Source of the DNA: Dimorphilus gyrociliatus
Taxonomy: Eukaryota > Animalia > Annelida
Length of the DNA stretch: 64,000 bases
Assembly (NCBI GenBank): GCA_904063045.1
Contig: CAJFCJ010000010.1
Coordinates: 496,001-560,000 of the forward strand
Direction: 5' to 3'
Positions 40,001 to 52,527 of this stretch are shown here, in pieces. The stretch's first letter is position 1, and every line of letters starts with the position of its first letter. Made by a program: the position numbers and the translations under genes. The notes beneath the pieces were generated by a model that saw nothing but the letters and a program-made list of their open reading frames with translations, searched no databases and was not told the DNA's origin.

Positions 40001-40146
40001 TTTATGCATAAAAAGAATAAAAAACGAAAAATAAGCATCATAACTCATGGGACAAGGGAATATATAAACAGCTTATCATTGGGCAGTCATCATTTTAAAT
40101 TACGCGCATTATATACACAAGCTTGGCAAAACACTACTTTGTCGGC

Positions 40147-40922
40147 ATGGGGAAAAGGAGAAAGAATGATTTTTCCTACCATATTTCATTCATCTGCCTC
40201 CATATGGGCTTTTTTATAGTTTCATATCTCTTTGGAGATGCTTTAAATATTTTATCACTTATTAAACAGCCAACCATATGCAGTAGAATAATTTTATCTC
40301 TTATTTTGCTTATTACCCTGTTTATCGCCCACAATGAAAAAAAATTACAAACGGTAGTAGCTTCTTCGCTAGATTATTACTTTAATATTTTAAATTAACA
40401 TAAATTTTACAGTTTAGAAATTTGAGCTATCTAAGAAAATTACTTGGCTGTCTTTTCGCTTCAGTTGTATTTTTCTACTTTGCTGCTGTAGTTTTTGGCG
40501 CTCCGTTTGTACTGAATTCAAAGGAGACGCTACATTTTTCACTTTTGCTAACGAGCCTTACATCCTTCCAAGTCTGTCTTATATTAGGCGTTGATAACTG
40601 GCCCAATAATATGTTGGAATTGAAGTAACTTTTTTTCTTATGATAAAAGGAATGGTATTAATCAAAGACCTAATCTTTCAGGTTAGACAACCGAGAAGAC
40701 CGAAGCGTTTACTATCCAGTAATTGGTAGCATAATCGGGTCTTGGGCTGGCTCCTTTGTCATTCCTTTAGATTGGGATAGGCCTTGGCAAGTTTGGCCAA
40801 TTAGTTGCCTTTTCGGGATGATATTGGGCAATTTGTTAGGTCACATATTTACCATAATATCTGAAATATTTTGTAAAACAACTACTCCACTTTTCGCAAC
40901 CAAATTGAATAAATTTAAATAA
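40147..40922 (+). CDS. PIGF: GPI biosynthesis protein PIG-F, 3 exons
   Basis: AVVFGAP exon and the signature GSWAGSFVIPLDWDRPWQVWPISC. The start at 40147 (MGKRRK) is the most plausible ATG. Confidence 0.9.
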
Positions 40923-41205
40923 AGAAATGTTTATAAATATCTTGTTTGTTTACTTAGAAGGAATTATTTTGGCATTTTGTTATGTTGCAATAATGTATTT
41001 AGACTTTTGTAATTCGTTACTAAATTACTTCGTGGAAACTCGACGCGATTATATACGTTTCCACCTCAAGTCCAATTTAATGAATTCTTACGAAGAAATG
41101 AGGAGTGTAAGTAACTATTAAGGTCGATTGGTAAAGATTAAAAAAAGTATAAAATTTCTCAAGGTAAACACTGTATTTCATCAACAAGTGAGAAGAGGAT
41201 AACAT

Positions 41206-41610
41206 TTATTCATTTTCTTCGGTACGTAAGCGGGCGTGTCCGTTGGTTAATTTGATGTTCAGTTGTTGGGCTCTCTCAACGATAGCCTTCCTCTTCTTTG
41301 ATGATACAGCATGACCAATCTCTCCAGCGTATACTCGGTTCTGCATCAACAATAATTCTAGATCTTTAATATTGTTAATGAGGAACTTCTTGAAGCCTGA
41401 AGGCATCACATGACGGGACTTTACACTAGAACCGTAGCCAACATTGGGCATCAAAAATTGGCCTTTGAAGCGGCGACGAACACGATTGTCGATACCCTTA
41501 GGTTTTCTCCAGTTTGTCTTTACCTTCTTGTATCTATCCGATTGATGACGAATAAATTTCTTCGTACGTTTTTTCTCCTCCCTACGTGTTTTCAATGGTC
41601 TTATAGCCAT
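41206..41610 (-). CDS. RPL32: 60S ribosomal protein L32 (eL32); coding region in one exon
   Basis: [49 protein letters not shown]...[24 protein letters not shown]-type sequence; 5'UTR intron with GTAAGT donor near 41789. Confidence 0.99.
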   Translation of the reverse strand: MAIRPLKTRREEKKRTKKFIRHQSDRYKKVKTNWRKPKGIDNRVRRRFKGQFLMPNVGYGSSVKSRHVMPSGFKKFLINNIKDLELLLMQNRVYAGEIGHAVSSKKRKAIVERAQQLNIKLTNGHARLRTEENE

Positions 41611-41817
41611 GTTTCTGAAAGAACCAATGTGTGAACGATAATAGAGAATTAAAGTTATTCGGACATAAAAAAACTCCTAAAATCAATTGGGTGCTATATA
41701 GAGAAATTCTTTAATTATTTTTGTAACAAAAACTTAATAAAATAGTGGCAAATGGATGACACTGTTGCATTTTTTATCGAATACTTACAACCAGAATAGC
41801 ACGCTCTTCTGATAGGC

Positions 41818-41825
41818 AAAAAAGA
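41818..41825 (-). promoter_or_regulatory. Polypyrimidine TCT initiator / 5'TOP start of RPL32
   Basis: Minus strand reads GGTCTTTTTTGCC about 30 nt before the first splice donor, typical of ribosomal-protein genes. Confidence 0.6.
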
Positions 41826-41945
41826 CCGATCCCTGACCAGTTTATAATCAAATGGAATTTCAGAGTGCCATCTATCAAATAGATGTATCATTTTTCATAA
41901 CTAAAAAATTACTTGTTTACCCATAGTTATCTTATTATTTTAATA

Positions 41946-42515
41946 ATGTCTGAGCATAGCCCTGCTCCAACACCTGAAAGGGCAATTTATGGTTTTATTT
42001 TATATTTATTTTCCTTTGTTTTGTTGGGTAAAATTTTTTAATAACAATCGACATATTATCGTTCACTTGCTAACTTAAATATTTTTATTTAGCATTGTAT
42101 CTCCTATGGGCTTTCATACCACTGAACTGGTTAGAGGCGATAAGATTAAGTTATTGGCCACAGAAGTATAAATCTATAATAATAGTTGATTTTATAGTTT
42201 ATTTTATGACTTTTTAAAAAATTAGATATTGGGCAATAGCCGTTCCTATATATCTTACTATTTTTGGTTTATTTGGACTAGTAATATATTTTGCTTATAA
42301 TTTAACGATTACCCCCAATCTAAAATCCTCCAAAATTTGGATCGGTATGTGTTTCTTCATTAAAATTAAAGGAAAGAATTTATTTAAATTATTCACTTTT
42401 AGATTCTAAGTCAAGAACGGTTGAAAGAACAAATGTAACTATGCCAAAAATTGGTGATATACACATCTCATTAGTGAACAAGATAATTTATGCTACTAAG
42501 CAGTCGTCAGAGTGA
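41946..42515 (+). CDS. PIGP: GPI-GlcNAc transferase subunit PIG-P, 4 exons
   Basis: [21 protein letters not shown]...[31 protein letters not shown]...[12 protein letters not shown], collinear with PIG-P. Confidence 0.93.
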
Positions 42516-44076
42516 ATTTCAGTCTTCTTTAATACATTGTTGTTTTGAACAAAGAAAACACAATACTTATAATAATCAAGCTGTTCATCCAATACAATAT
42601 ACCTTGTTACAGAAGGCAACAATTTATAAAAAGAATAGCATTGTTTAATTTTAAAAAAGTGTTTCAACTTTCAAGGAAGTGCCCAAGGTTCAATGGGAAA
42701 AACTTGTCAGTCACTAATGACTCGGCAAATTTGAGAGACATAGATTTCATGTTGACTGTATACTATTTCTGCTGACTCTCTATTGTCTTTTTTCAATTCT
42801 CGAATTTTTGAACTGTTCAAACATGTTCACCCAAAAGTTTAATGTAATAAGAGCATTATAGGATTTATTTTACTGTTGACTGAATGTGAATAAGTGACAA
42901 TTAGAACAATAGCGATTAAATTCTTAATGTTTCAATTTTTCAATACTTTAGATAATTCTTTTGCTTAATTCTATAGCTTAATGTGTCATTGAGACAAATT
43001 TGCTTAAGAAGAAAAAGATACTGTCCACACATCAGTGAATAATTATAGATAATAGATTTAATGGACAATTTGCTCTTATTGAAATTTATCAAAAAATAAC
43101 GAATATAGTTAAAGGTCTCCAGCCAAAAAAGAGAGGGGGTTAATCTCCAAAAAGCTATAAATGTCTCTCCAAAGCAGTATAACTAAATCTAATAATTTTA
43201 TAAAAACTCTCACAGAGAGGACCGAAGTAACAGCGAATTCTCACGGAATATTTGATAGGTGTACTTTTCTGCTCTTAGCGATTTTTTTTTGCTTATAGAA
43301 TATTTAATGGGGAAATACAAAAAAAAAATGAAAATTCAATTTAATAATTTTTTAAAATATCTAAATAAACGAAGCAATAAATATTAATCTCATAAATAAA
43401 CAAAACAAAAAGATGAATGTTCGACGATTATTGTGTGAAAAAATAGCAATGAGAACATAAAAACTTGTTATTGCGATCGTCATGGTACTTCCTAATAAGA
43501 AATAATTTATAGTACTGGAAAACGTCTTAGCAGTAGATGAATATTTATGAATTTATATATCGATAACTACTATTAACAATAGACTTTTTCCCCATAGAAA
43601 GTCACATGAATTAAAATAGTTATCAGATTTTAAAGTCTTTTATATATTTTCTTTTCAAAGAAGATTAAAAGGATATGCAAATTTTTCATCTTAAGTCTAT
43701 TATTCAGTAGAGTTTCCTCATATAAAAAAATCGTTTTAAGCCTGAAAGTTCTTTCTTTTTCTAAAGAAAATCGAAATAAATTCTTTAAAAACAGATGGCG
43801 GCACTAGATAATGTGACTATCATTAAAATGTCTTTTAAATTATTTTGTATAGAATAGATCTACGAATACTTTTTTTTAATAAAAAAGTGAAGTATACATC
43901 AAATAAGAGGAAATTGAACTGATCATTTAAAGTTTCAATAGTGAACTGCATGTATTCAGAATAATATATCATATTTCAGACATTTTTTGGACGGAATATT
44001 ACAATTACAGTCAAAATATAAAAGTCATTGATAAAGTTAAGAAAGAGAACTGATAAGAAAAAAAAAAACTGGTTTT

Positions 44077-47000
44077 CTAGGGCTGACCAATCATACGGAG
44101 ACTTTGTCGGATTGTTTGTCTGTACTTCTGTTCTAAATTTTTCATATATTGCATGTAATCACTTATTCGGAATCCTTTAAAAGGTTCTTCTTTGAGGTAA
44201 ACCAAAAGAGTATAACTATGGCAGTTTTCTAATATCTCTTTTTGCAAATGTTTGAAAACAGCAACGCAAACGTAAACTATATAATCGACTCCGAAAAGAA
44301 CTATTAGCGCCACATAGTGTGTAATGTCGGTCCAATCCATGTAGTTCAGGAAGGATTGTCTTATCCATTGTTCGCAAATAAGAGAGGAAGCGAGGCCTGA
44401 CATTTTAAAAGCTGAGGCAACTTGAGGTAATTCAGCATGTACAATTAAATCTATACGCTGACAAACAATGTAGTGCAATGGTCCCATACCAGATTCAACT
44501 ATTGAAACGGGTAAATGTATACTACGATGTAATCGATTTGGCCAAACGTAAGAAGATAGAGCACTGCAAGAAATTTGCTGAAGGAGTTTCCAAGTACGTT
44601 CACCATTTCCGGAGAATATAAGAAACAGTACTCCAACGAACCAGTCACATGGTGGTTTAGGCCTCACAACCCATTCTAAGAGAAGAGAAAAGAGTTAAAT
44701 TTAATGAAATTTCTAATTTTGCATATCTATATTAAAAAAATAATAAGATCTCACTTAGTGCATTCGGAGAGCAAGGTTTTTGTTGCTGCTGGAGGAAATA
44801 TCCACATTTTTTCATCAAGAATATCAACTTTTCGTTAATGGCATCACCACTCTGTAAAAGTTTTAATCTCTGTCCATATCTACGAAAATATTGTTAAACA
44901 AATTTAGAGTAGAAGGTAGTCATTATATAATGTAGTTACTTTGTTAACAAACGAATTCCGTTCTCTTGCATAATTGGTAGTTTAAAGTTTTTTATACTGT
45001 TGTCCGTACCTATTTAAAAATACAAGAAAATATTGAATAGAGTGTTCAAAAACTTATTATTTCAAGATTGTATAGGAATGAAAAATAGTTTTAAGGAAAA
45101 ATGATTACAGTTGACCGTAAGCAGATAAATATTCTTAACGGCTCTCTTTTCTCTTTCTCTCTCTCTCTCTCTTTTTTAATGTTATATAATCTTGAATAAT
45201 CACTAATTTTTACTATGAAAATAGAAAAGAAACCCGTAAAGAAATTTAATGTTCGCATAAATTATCTGTGAAATTTATTATACAATTAATGAGAGGTAGA
45301 TTTTTTCAGATCGAAGCGTGGAAAATAACTGACAATAATGAAAATTTGTCTAGTAATATACAATAATCATGCGGCGTCTAAAATAAACGTTTCTAGCCAA
45401 AAATAGACATCTAATTAAATTTAAATATTGATTTTTGTTTTTATTATAAAAGGGATTTAAAATCGACATAGTAAGTAAACAAATTGTTAATTAATAAGAT
45501 TTATGTATTTGTTTACTTTTATAGAGAACTTACTGGATGAATCCGTTTTATCTCCTTCTAATTAAGAAATATAATATTTTTATATAAAGCTCAATTTAAT
45601 TAGGAATAGGAAAAAAAACATATTTAAGCAGAATAAAAAGATACTTTACTATTTAATTGCTAAATATAGCTTACCTACGAAATCAATAGCCGGAAATATA
45701 GCATCATCTGCATCGTAAATTATCATATGGGCAGCTCTGTCTAAAATTTCTCTAATACAAGATGTATGTAAAGTATCCGGTTTTGTTGTTAGAGCACTAA
45801 AGACAAGTGATTGTGCCTTTTCTAACCAAATTTCATCAACTTTTTGTTTCTTTGTTTCGTTGAGAAAATTCCATAGATCAGTGTCCACTAATTAGAGATG
45901 TCAATGTTATATAAAAATAGAAAAAACCTTGCTTAAACTTACAGCTTTTAACTTTAATATCAATTTGCGGTAGGTAGTTCTTGGGCAAGGCCATTGAGCA
46001 AACCGGTGGATAGATTTCAACCTCTTTTTTTTCTCTTAACGACATATCCTAAAGAATTTTAAATATTCGTTATATTATTCAGCTAAATCAAATCAATTTC
46101 ATACGGATATTCTCTCTCTAGGCGGTAATATTCGTTCAGTGGGACCCCCTAAGGCCAGAGCTCTAACTAGAATATGACTCCTTTCAGAAGATAACATATC
46201 AAATATATGAGTTTCCTTTCTGTTCGCAGATTGAAAGAAATTCACTTAATTAGGAAGGTTTCGTGGTCGAAAACCGTATTTCTACTCACGTTACATCGTT
46301 TTGTTGCTGAACGGTTACGACATTAGCATTTTGCTCTTTAATGAGAATCTCGTCAAATCTGTATTGAGTTTGCAATAAGAGCATTGTATCTAAACATGAA
46401 ACCATTACTGATAGCCATCTGCAATTAATTAACAGTTGGTTAGTTATCTTTCTTGATAGGAATAGAAACGGATTAAGGAACCATACCTTAAACCTAATAC
46501 ATGAGATTCTTCGTATTTAAATAAAGCTTGACGCTTTTCGTTAGCATCTATAAAAACGAGACGATCTAGAAGACCTTCAATACTCGTAGGTAAGTCTCTT
46601 AGACTGTATCTAGCCTGAACGGGTAATTCCTTCTTGTATAAATTCTCATAGACGGAAGCGAATGAAGAAGTTATTGCTAGTAGATTGTTGAACGGCTATA
46701 AAAGATAGAAAGAGAATCATTTTCAGCCTATATTTATCATTTGCTCTTAAAAATTTAACTATACCTTTAAAGCATATTTTGAAATAGGAGTTATTTGCCA
46801 TGGTTTAGGTCTGAATATGTATGAATCATCAACGCATTCAATCTCTTTCCAAAGTTTAATGCATAGCCTTTTGACATAATCTGCATGAAATTTCTATAAT
46901 ATATTAGTTCGTCATAAATAGACTTAAAATGTACCTGTCTTATCAAGAACAGCTCTTATTCCTGGTGCTGTAGCAGCTATTTGCGAAAGCATGAAACCGT

Positions 47001-49669
47001 AACCAAACTTTTCCATCTTTGAAACTTGTAAATTCTTGACAAGTCTCTTATGCATATAGCATACGCATTCTTCCAGAGCTCCAGTTTGATGAAGTAGTAG
47101 TACACCGTTTGGAGTTGCGGCCATACTTAATAGGTTGTCTCGTAGATTGTCCTCCCAAAAGATAAGGCTATGTACAAAGAGAAATGAATTTGTAATAAAA
47201 CAATAAAAGACGATTAATTATTAAAATTAATTAATTTCTCTACAGTAATAATTAAAATAACTTTTTATCGCTTTTTTGTTCATCTAAATCTCCATCGTCA
47301 CTGTTCGTTGGCGTTGGTGCATCGTCTAAATTCCTAAGAGCGTCCCTCCACGAAGAATTTATGCTCTGATGAAGCTTGTAACTAGAAAGCATCAAGAGGC
47401 CTTCTTGGGTGCTATAAATTTGTCGACACACATACAATATGTTCGATATAACAGCATTGCTTCTTTTCACGTCTAATTCATCGATTAAAGATTTATGAAC
47501 GACCTGAGCTAAAATATGCGCTGGGGCGGATCTGACCCGATTCAACCTTTGCCCTTTTTCTCCATAAAGCAATTTTAGGCGACCTGCGGTACTTGATGCA
47601 ATTACAGAGAGAATCTCAGTTAATCTCAATAGGGCTTGATCGCTGACCTTATAACCTTCTGATTGCTGTTTGTAAATTTTTTTTTGCAAGTATTAGTTAT
47701 TGTCATAAAAGGATTGTAACAGAAATTCTTACCTCAAGCATAGCAGCAAAAGGTGCCATTATACTAGACATTACTTCGTCATTGCAAACACAGCATTCTG
47801 CACAGTTAGTATCTCCCACAAGATTTTTAAGCATATCCAGCGCCAAATCGGGTAACGTATTTGCTAACTTCATATCCCATTGTATGACTATATTTAAAAC
47901 GCTGATAATGAATTGCTGGAGGCTCAACGACTCTGAAAATTGAGAGGAAGTGTAATATAATGGGAAATTGACGACAGCGTTAGAATTAAAACGTTTCAAA
48001 TTACTTTCACTTTCAGGCAAATCAAAGGGAAACATTTTTCTCCCGATCTTAAATTTCAATAGTTTCGACATGAAACAAATAGAATGAATAAGGAAAGCGG
48101 CGTCAATTTCGACCCTAGAATACACGAATTGTCCTAATCGTGGCGTCGCGGCCAGCCTTTTAACATTTGTTCTTTTTGGTCCTAAATTAGCAGCTTGATA
48201 TATAATTTTGACAGCTTGCTCCACGACCACCCTGTGCTTCTTTAACAATTCAAAAAACGGTTGTCTACTAATGAAGCCATGCATCCAGCAGACAAACCAT
48301 TGAGCTTTGGAATCCAACAGAGACACAATGTGTAACGGGGTTATGCCTGTCCTACTTAAGGGTGGTAAGGTTAAAAGATCGAAAGTTTTCCTTAAGATTC
48401 TTTCAATAAAACTGTAAAAGATTTTCATTTCAAAAGAAAATATTATCATAATATCTCAATAAAGAAGATATTCGATATTTACTTGTTAGCTATCCTAACC
48501 CAATATTGGGGAATATGTCTCTGAAATTCATTCATTAATCGGACTGCTTTCAAAAGACGTTGAATCTGATTTAGGCTTAAATCAATATCCGGTGGTAAAG
48601 TGGACATATGGGATGACGGTGCAAAAAAGGAAGATATATAATCAACTGTAAATAAATAGAGAATAGTTAAATTGCTATTCTTCCTTCTTAACATTTTGAC
48701 GCGAATAATATTTACTTAATATAGCGTAAACTTCTTTTGTAAATTCAGCGCTAGTCGATAAGCCTCTCGAAATAAATTTCATACACATTTTCTGTAAAAT
48801 AGTATATCGGAACTTATTAACTTATAATAACAATATTAGTAGTAATAGCAATAATAGTGTAAAATTACCCATAAATCGTCGTCAGGATCGCTCATTGCGT
48901 CTAACAAGGGTCTAGAAACGTCATTCCACCCGTGTAAAGATCCGATATCGGCAGTGGGAATTTGCAGGAAACTATGCATTGCTTGTTTTCTCTCCTATAG
49001 TGTAAAGACAGAGTATAAATATAATTGAAAGTAAGAATGATAATCTTTAACAAACTTCTATAGAGGGTTGACTAAGTTGCCTTGCTAAGTTGACCAGTTG
49101 TTCTTGACTTACAAATAAAATGTTACAATTGCTTTGATTGAGGGAGGAACCTTCCCCCAGAGATGACTCTGTTTCGCTGTATAGAACATCATGCTTTCTA
49201 GTCCTTGTATTGACATTAACGAGACCGACATCTGCGAATTCATCGTCAGAATTATCATGTAGAATGTCGCAAGCATTTTGAAGTTCCAATTTTAATTGGT
49301 CAGAGAGAGCTTGAAATTCAGAGGTATTTAAGACACTATCGGTTATTCTTCCTGCCACATTAGGTCTAGCTTTATTATCATTGTATCGTTCTATTTCTCT
49401 ATCAATTGCCGGTCCTAGATTGTCATCTATTTGAGACCTTATAATCCTAACAAGTTCACGTCTGAATAGCAATAATTTTATTATTTACATTTGTATTATA
49501 AATATTGATATTACTTGTCAAAATTTTTATCTCTTGATTCTAAACTCATCAAAAGATCTTCTTCATTTTCATTCCTTCGTGCTTCTTTTAGATGATCAGT
49601 AGAATTGATTAGGAGTTCTTTGACAGCTTGTACGAGATTAGCATCGTCTAGTGATGTATCGGTAGTCAT
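44077..49669 (-). CDS. TBC1D32: TBC1 domain family member 32 (BROMI, ciliary/Hedgehog regulator), multi-exon
   Basis: N-terminus EEDLLMSLESRDKNF..RSQIDDNLGPAIDREIE; central LSQIAATAPG; C-terminal TBC-like region DWFVGVLFLIFSG...HYIVCQRIDLIVHAELPQVASAFKMSG...ICEQWIRQSFLNYMDW...EPFKGFRISDYMQYMKNLEQKYR. Confidence 0.88.
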
Positions 49670-51426
49670 TGTCTTTACTTAATTGCGAAGAAATTTAATT
49701 GTTATATTAAATCCGCCAAAAATTCAAGTATCCATGCTCCGCCATATTTAAACAAACGCTTTTTCTATAAAAGGACGATGGTGATTGGCTCGATCCAAAT
49801 ATAAAAACCAATAAACGTTTAGCTTTCATCAGCTTTCGTCTGCAACTTTAAACACGCTCGTGAACGGTTTTAGTCTGATTTCTGGCTTATTCGGCCTATT
49901 TTATCTAGAGAAGATTAGTTTATGGTTGATAGAAGTACTATCATTAACTTCGTGTGGAGTATATACCTCTAAGTACATATTCTTGTTTATTTTCCACAAG
50001 ATTGGATTGTTATGCTTTTTGTCCCAGGTAAGATCTACCTTTAATTTGCTCTTCTTTTTAAGAAGTAAACTCCCTTAGGGAGCTGTAACCGAAAATTAGA
50101 AAGTATAACAACATTTGACGACTTTGTTTTCTATTCTGTACGAAAAATATGAGTGATTAGAAATTGAACTAATTTTTTTCCCTTTACAAAGCCTCTTATG
50201 TTGTTTTAACAATGCAATCTATTTAAAACACTAAATCAATTAATTTTGGTCAAAGAACGTTTTTCAATCAAACCTAAGCAAACGCCATTACGTAATCAGG
50301 ATACGTAACGCTCTTTGTTAAAATCGCACACCTGTAAAACTGTTGGGGTGATTCATGTTTTTCCGGTGCTCGGCCTTATCGATTTCCCCTTTTTTTATTG
50401 TATATTTATAAATCACTCGTACGCGGCCCCACGGTTAATATGAAACCAATCGGCGACGGTTAGCAGATTTATTATTCTCTTATCTCACCTTTACATAAAC
50501 ACATTTCAATAAATATTTGGATAGATAAAGATAAAAGAAGGCAGTTCATAAGCTAGCATAGTAGCTGCCAAAGCTATAAAAGGTAGATAATAATTCAATA
50601 AATCTTCTAACAGTGGCGGCTTAATATAATCAGGACAACTGTTTTCACGGTACGTTGAATTTAACAGTAAAAACTAGGGAAGAAATTAGTTGAAAGTTAT
50701 ATTTGTCAATATTTATAATATCCTTTATGTTCTATATTGTACAAAAAAGTCAAAAATCGATTGTTTGTAATCTTGATAACGCACGTGCAAATTTATAGTT
50801 CCATTACAGGCTTAAAACATTTTAAAAACTGTAAAATATAGTGAAATTTGTGAGTACAATGACATGTACATGAGTATATGTGTGAGTGAGTGTATGTATG
50901 TATGTGTAGGTGTGTGAGTGTGTGGCTCTACTATACATACATTCTATATATAGATATATTGTTAAATTAAATTAACAGTTACTTAACCTTTTATCTAGTA
51001 AAGAAAATATCAGTTGAGTAAATTATCTGGATTTGTTTATAGCATATTTATACTACGGTTAAATTTACGTTGTTAATCGATATTGTTTTAATGAAAGGTA
51101 TCTTTATATATATATATAGGTATAGACAAGTATATCCATATATACTAGGTATACATAAGATATAGTGTATAATTCATTCATTCTTATATTTTTTTGCCAT
51201 TTTAAAGAAAGTGGAAAGTCTGATGTTTTATGTAAAGAGAACAAAAAATTCCATTTTTTTTCAATGAATAATACAAAAAGTCCATTGCTGACTGTTGAGA
51301 AAGAATAATGTAAAAACTTGATCGAAAGAATTTTTTGAACATTTTTCACATTATATAAATCAATAATTAAGTCTATTTTTAACTATAAAAAAGTAATTAG
51401 TAATCTTTTGGAGCGTGTGGACTGTG

Positions 51427-51429
<3 letters not shown>

Positions 51430-51477
<48 letters not shown>
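51430..51477. repeat. Perfect (TA)24 microsatellite
   Basis: Uninterrupted tatata run. Confidence 0.95.
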
Positions 51478-51478
<1 letters not shown>

Positions 51479-51671
51479 TGTATATATATAGCTACAGCTA
51501 CAGGTATATATAATCTATAATAAATCCTTCTAAACATATAGGACAATATTAAACCCATTTTTAGTGCTAGAGAAATTTGTCCTTTTTATAGTAATACAAG
51601 GGATTTTTTTTTCAATATTTGTTTCTTAATGGCTGTGAGAAAGAATAGTTGTGGTTTCTTCTTTGCCTATT

Positions 51672-51708
<37 letters not shown>

Positions 51709-52527
51709 AAAAGTATAAAACACCAAGTTATGGGAAGGTAGAGTTGTAATACTAGTATCCGTAAGGATTATATTTTCTATATATAATAGAATAGATTCAG
51801 TGGAAGAGATTGGGAAATAGGAAAAACAGCTTTTTCTTTTTAGGGCCCTAGTCTGGTTCAATTTTTTTTTGTAACACGATACTATTGGAGAAAAATTGAA
51901 CAAAAGACGTTAATCGATACCGTAGAAAACGAAATTGATTAATTTCATCGACATTTATTATTTGGAAAGTAATTTAGACGGAAAGGTAAATGCTACCTTT
52001 TTGTGAATAGTATTTCAATCCAGGTCAGTTATTTTTACTTAAAAAAACTGCCCTCATATCTCACGTATAATATGCGGCATATAATATTTGGATTGAGATA
52101 TAGGCTTTTCGCTATACTCTTTTTTGGCGATTGTAGGCTCGTAGTTTTTTTTTGTAAGCGTTATAAAAGTTTCGTTTCCTTCTTCTCTTCCACTCAAAAT
52201 GTGACACAAGTTTTGTTAAAAATAGCCCTTGTATCCTTGCATTGAATAGAATAAATATTTTTGAAAATTTTTTTCCACTCAACCATTATTCTTTCGGTGA
52301 CGTATCGTCACATCTATGCTAAAAGCACGTTCCTGTTACTGGCTCTCTGAAGTAGTTGTTTTTAATGCGATAAGACATGATTCCCCATTTTTCTTTTGTT
52401 ATTGATATTGTATAATTCTTTCATTTATTGTTTTTGAGATTTCTGTATTATTATTTACTTTGCAGCTCCGCTACGATTAAGGAGAGAATTAGAATCTCAA
52501 AAGTTTAAACAATAACGAAGGGAGAGA

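Noticed and set aside
41617-41789. Possible snoRNA in the RPL32 5'UTR intron (vertebrate RPL32 hosts an H/ACA snoRNA)
   Set aside because: No convincing two-hairpin H/ACA or C/D box structure seen; the intron is very AT-rich.
31992-43146. Shared 15-mer agagggggttaatct at 31992 and 43132
   Set aside because: Only two copies with unrelated flanks; such a match is plausible by chance in 64 kb.
43667-43675. ATATCCTTT U12-type donor-like words (also near 50717)
   Set aside because: Not at any exon boundary of the gene models; expected by chance in AT-rich DNA.
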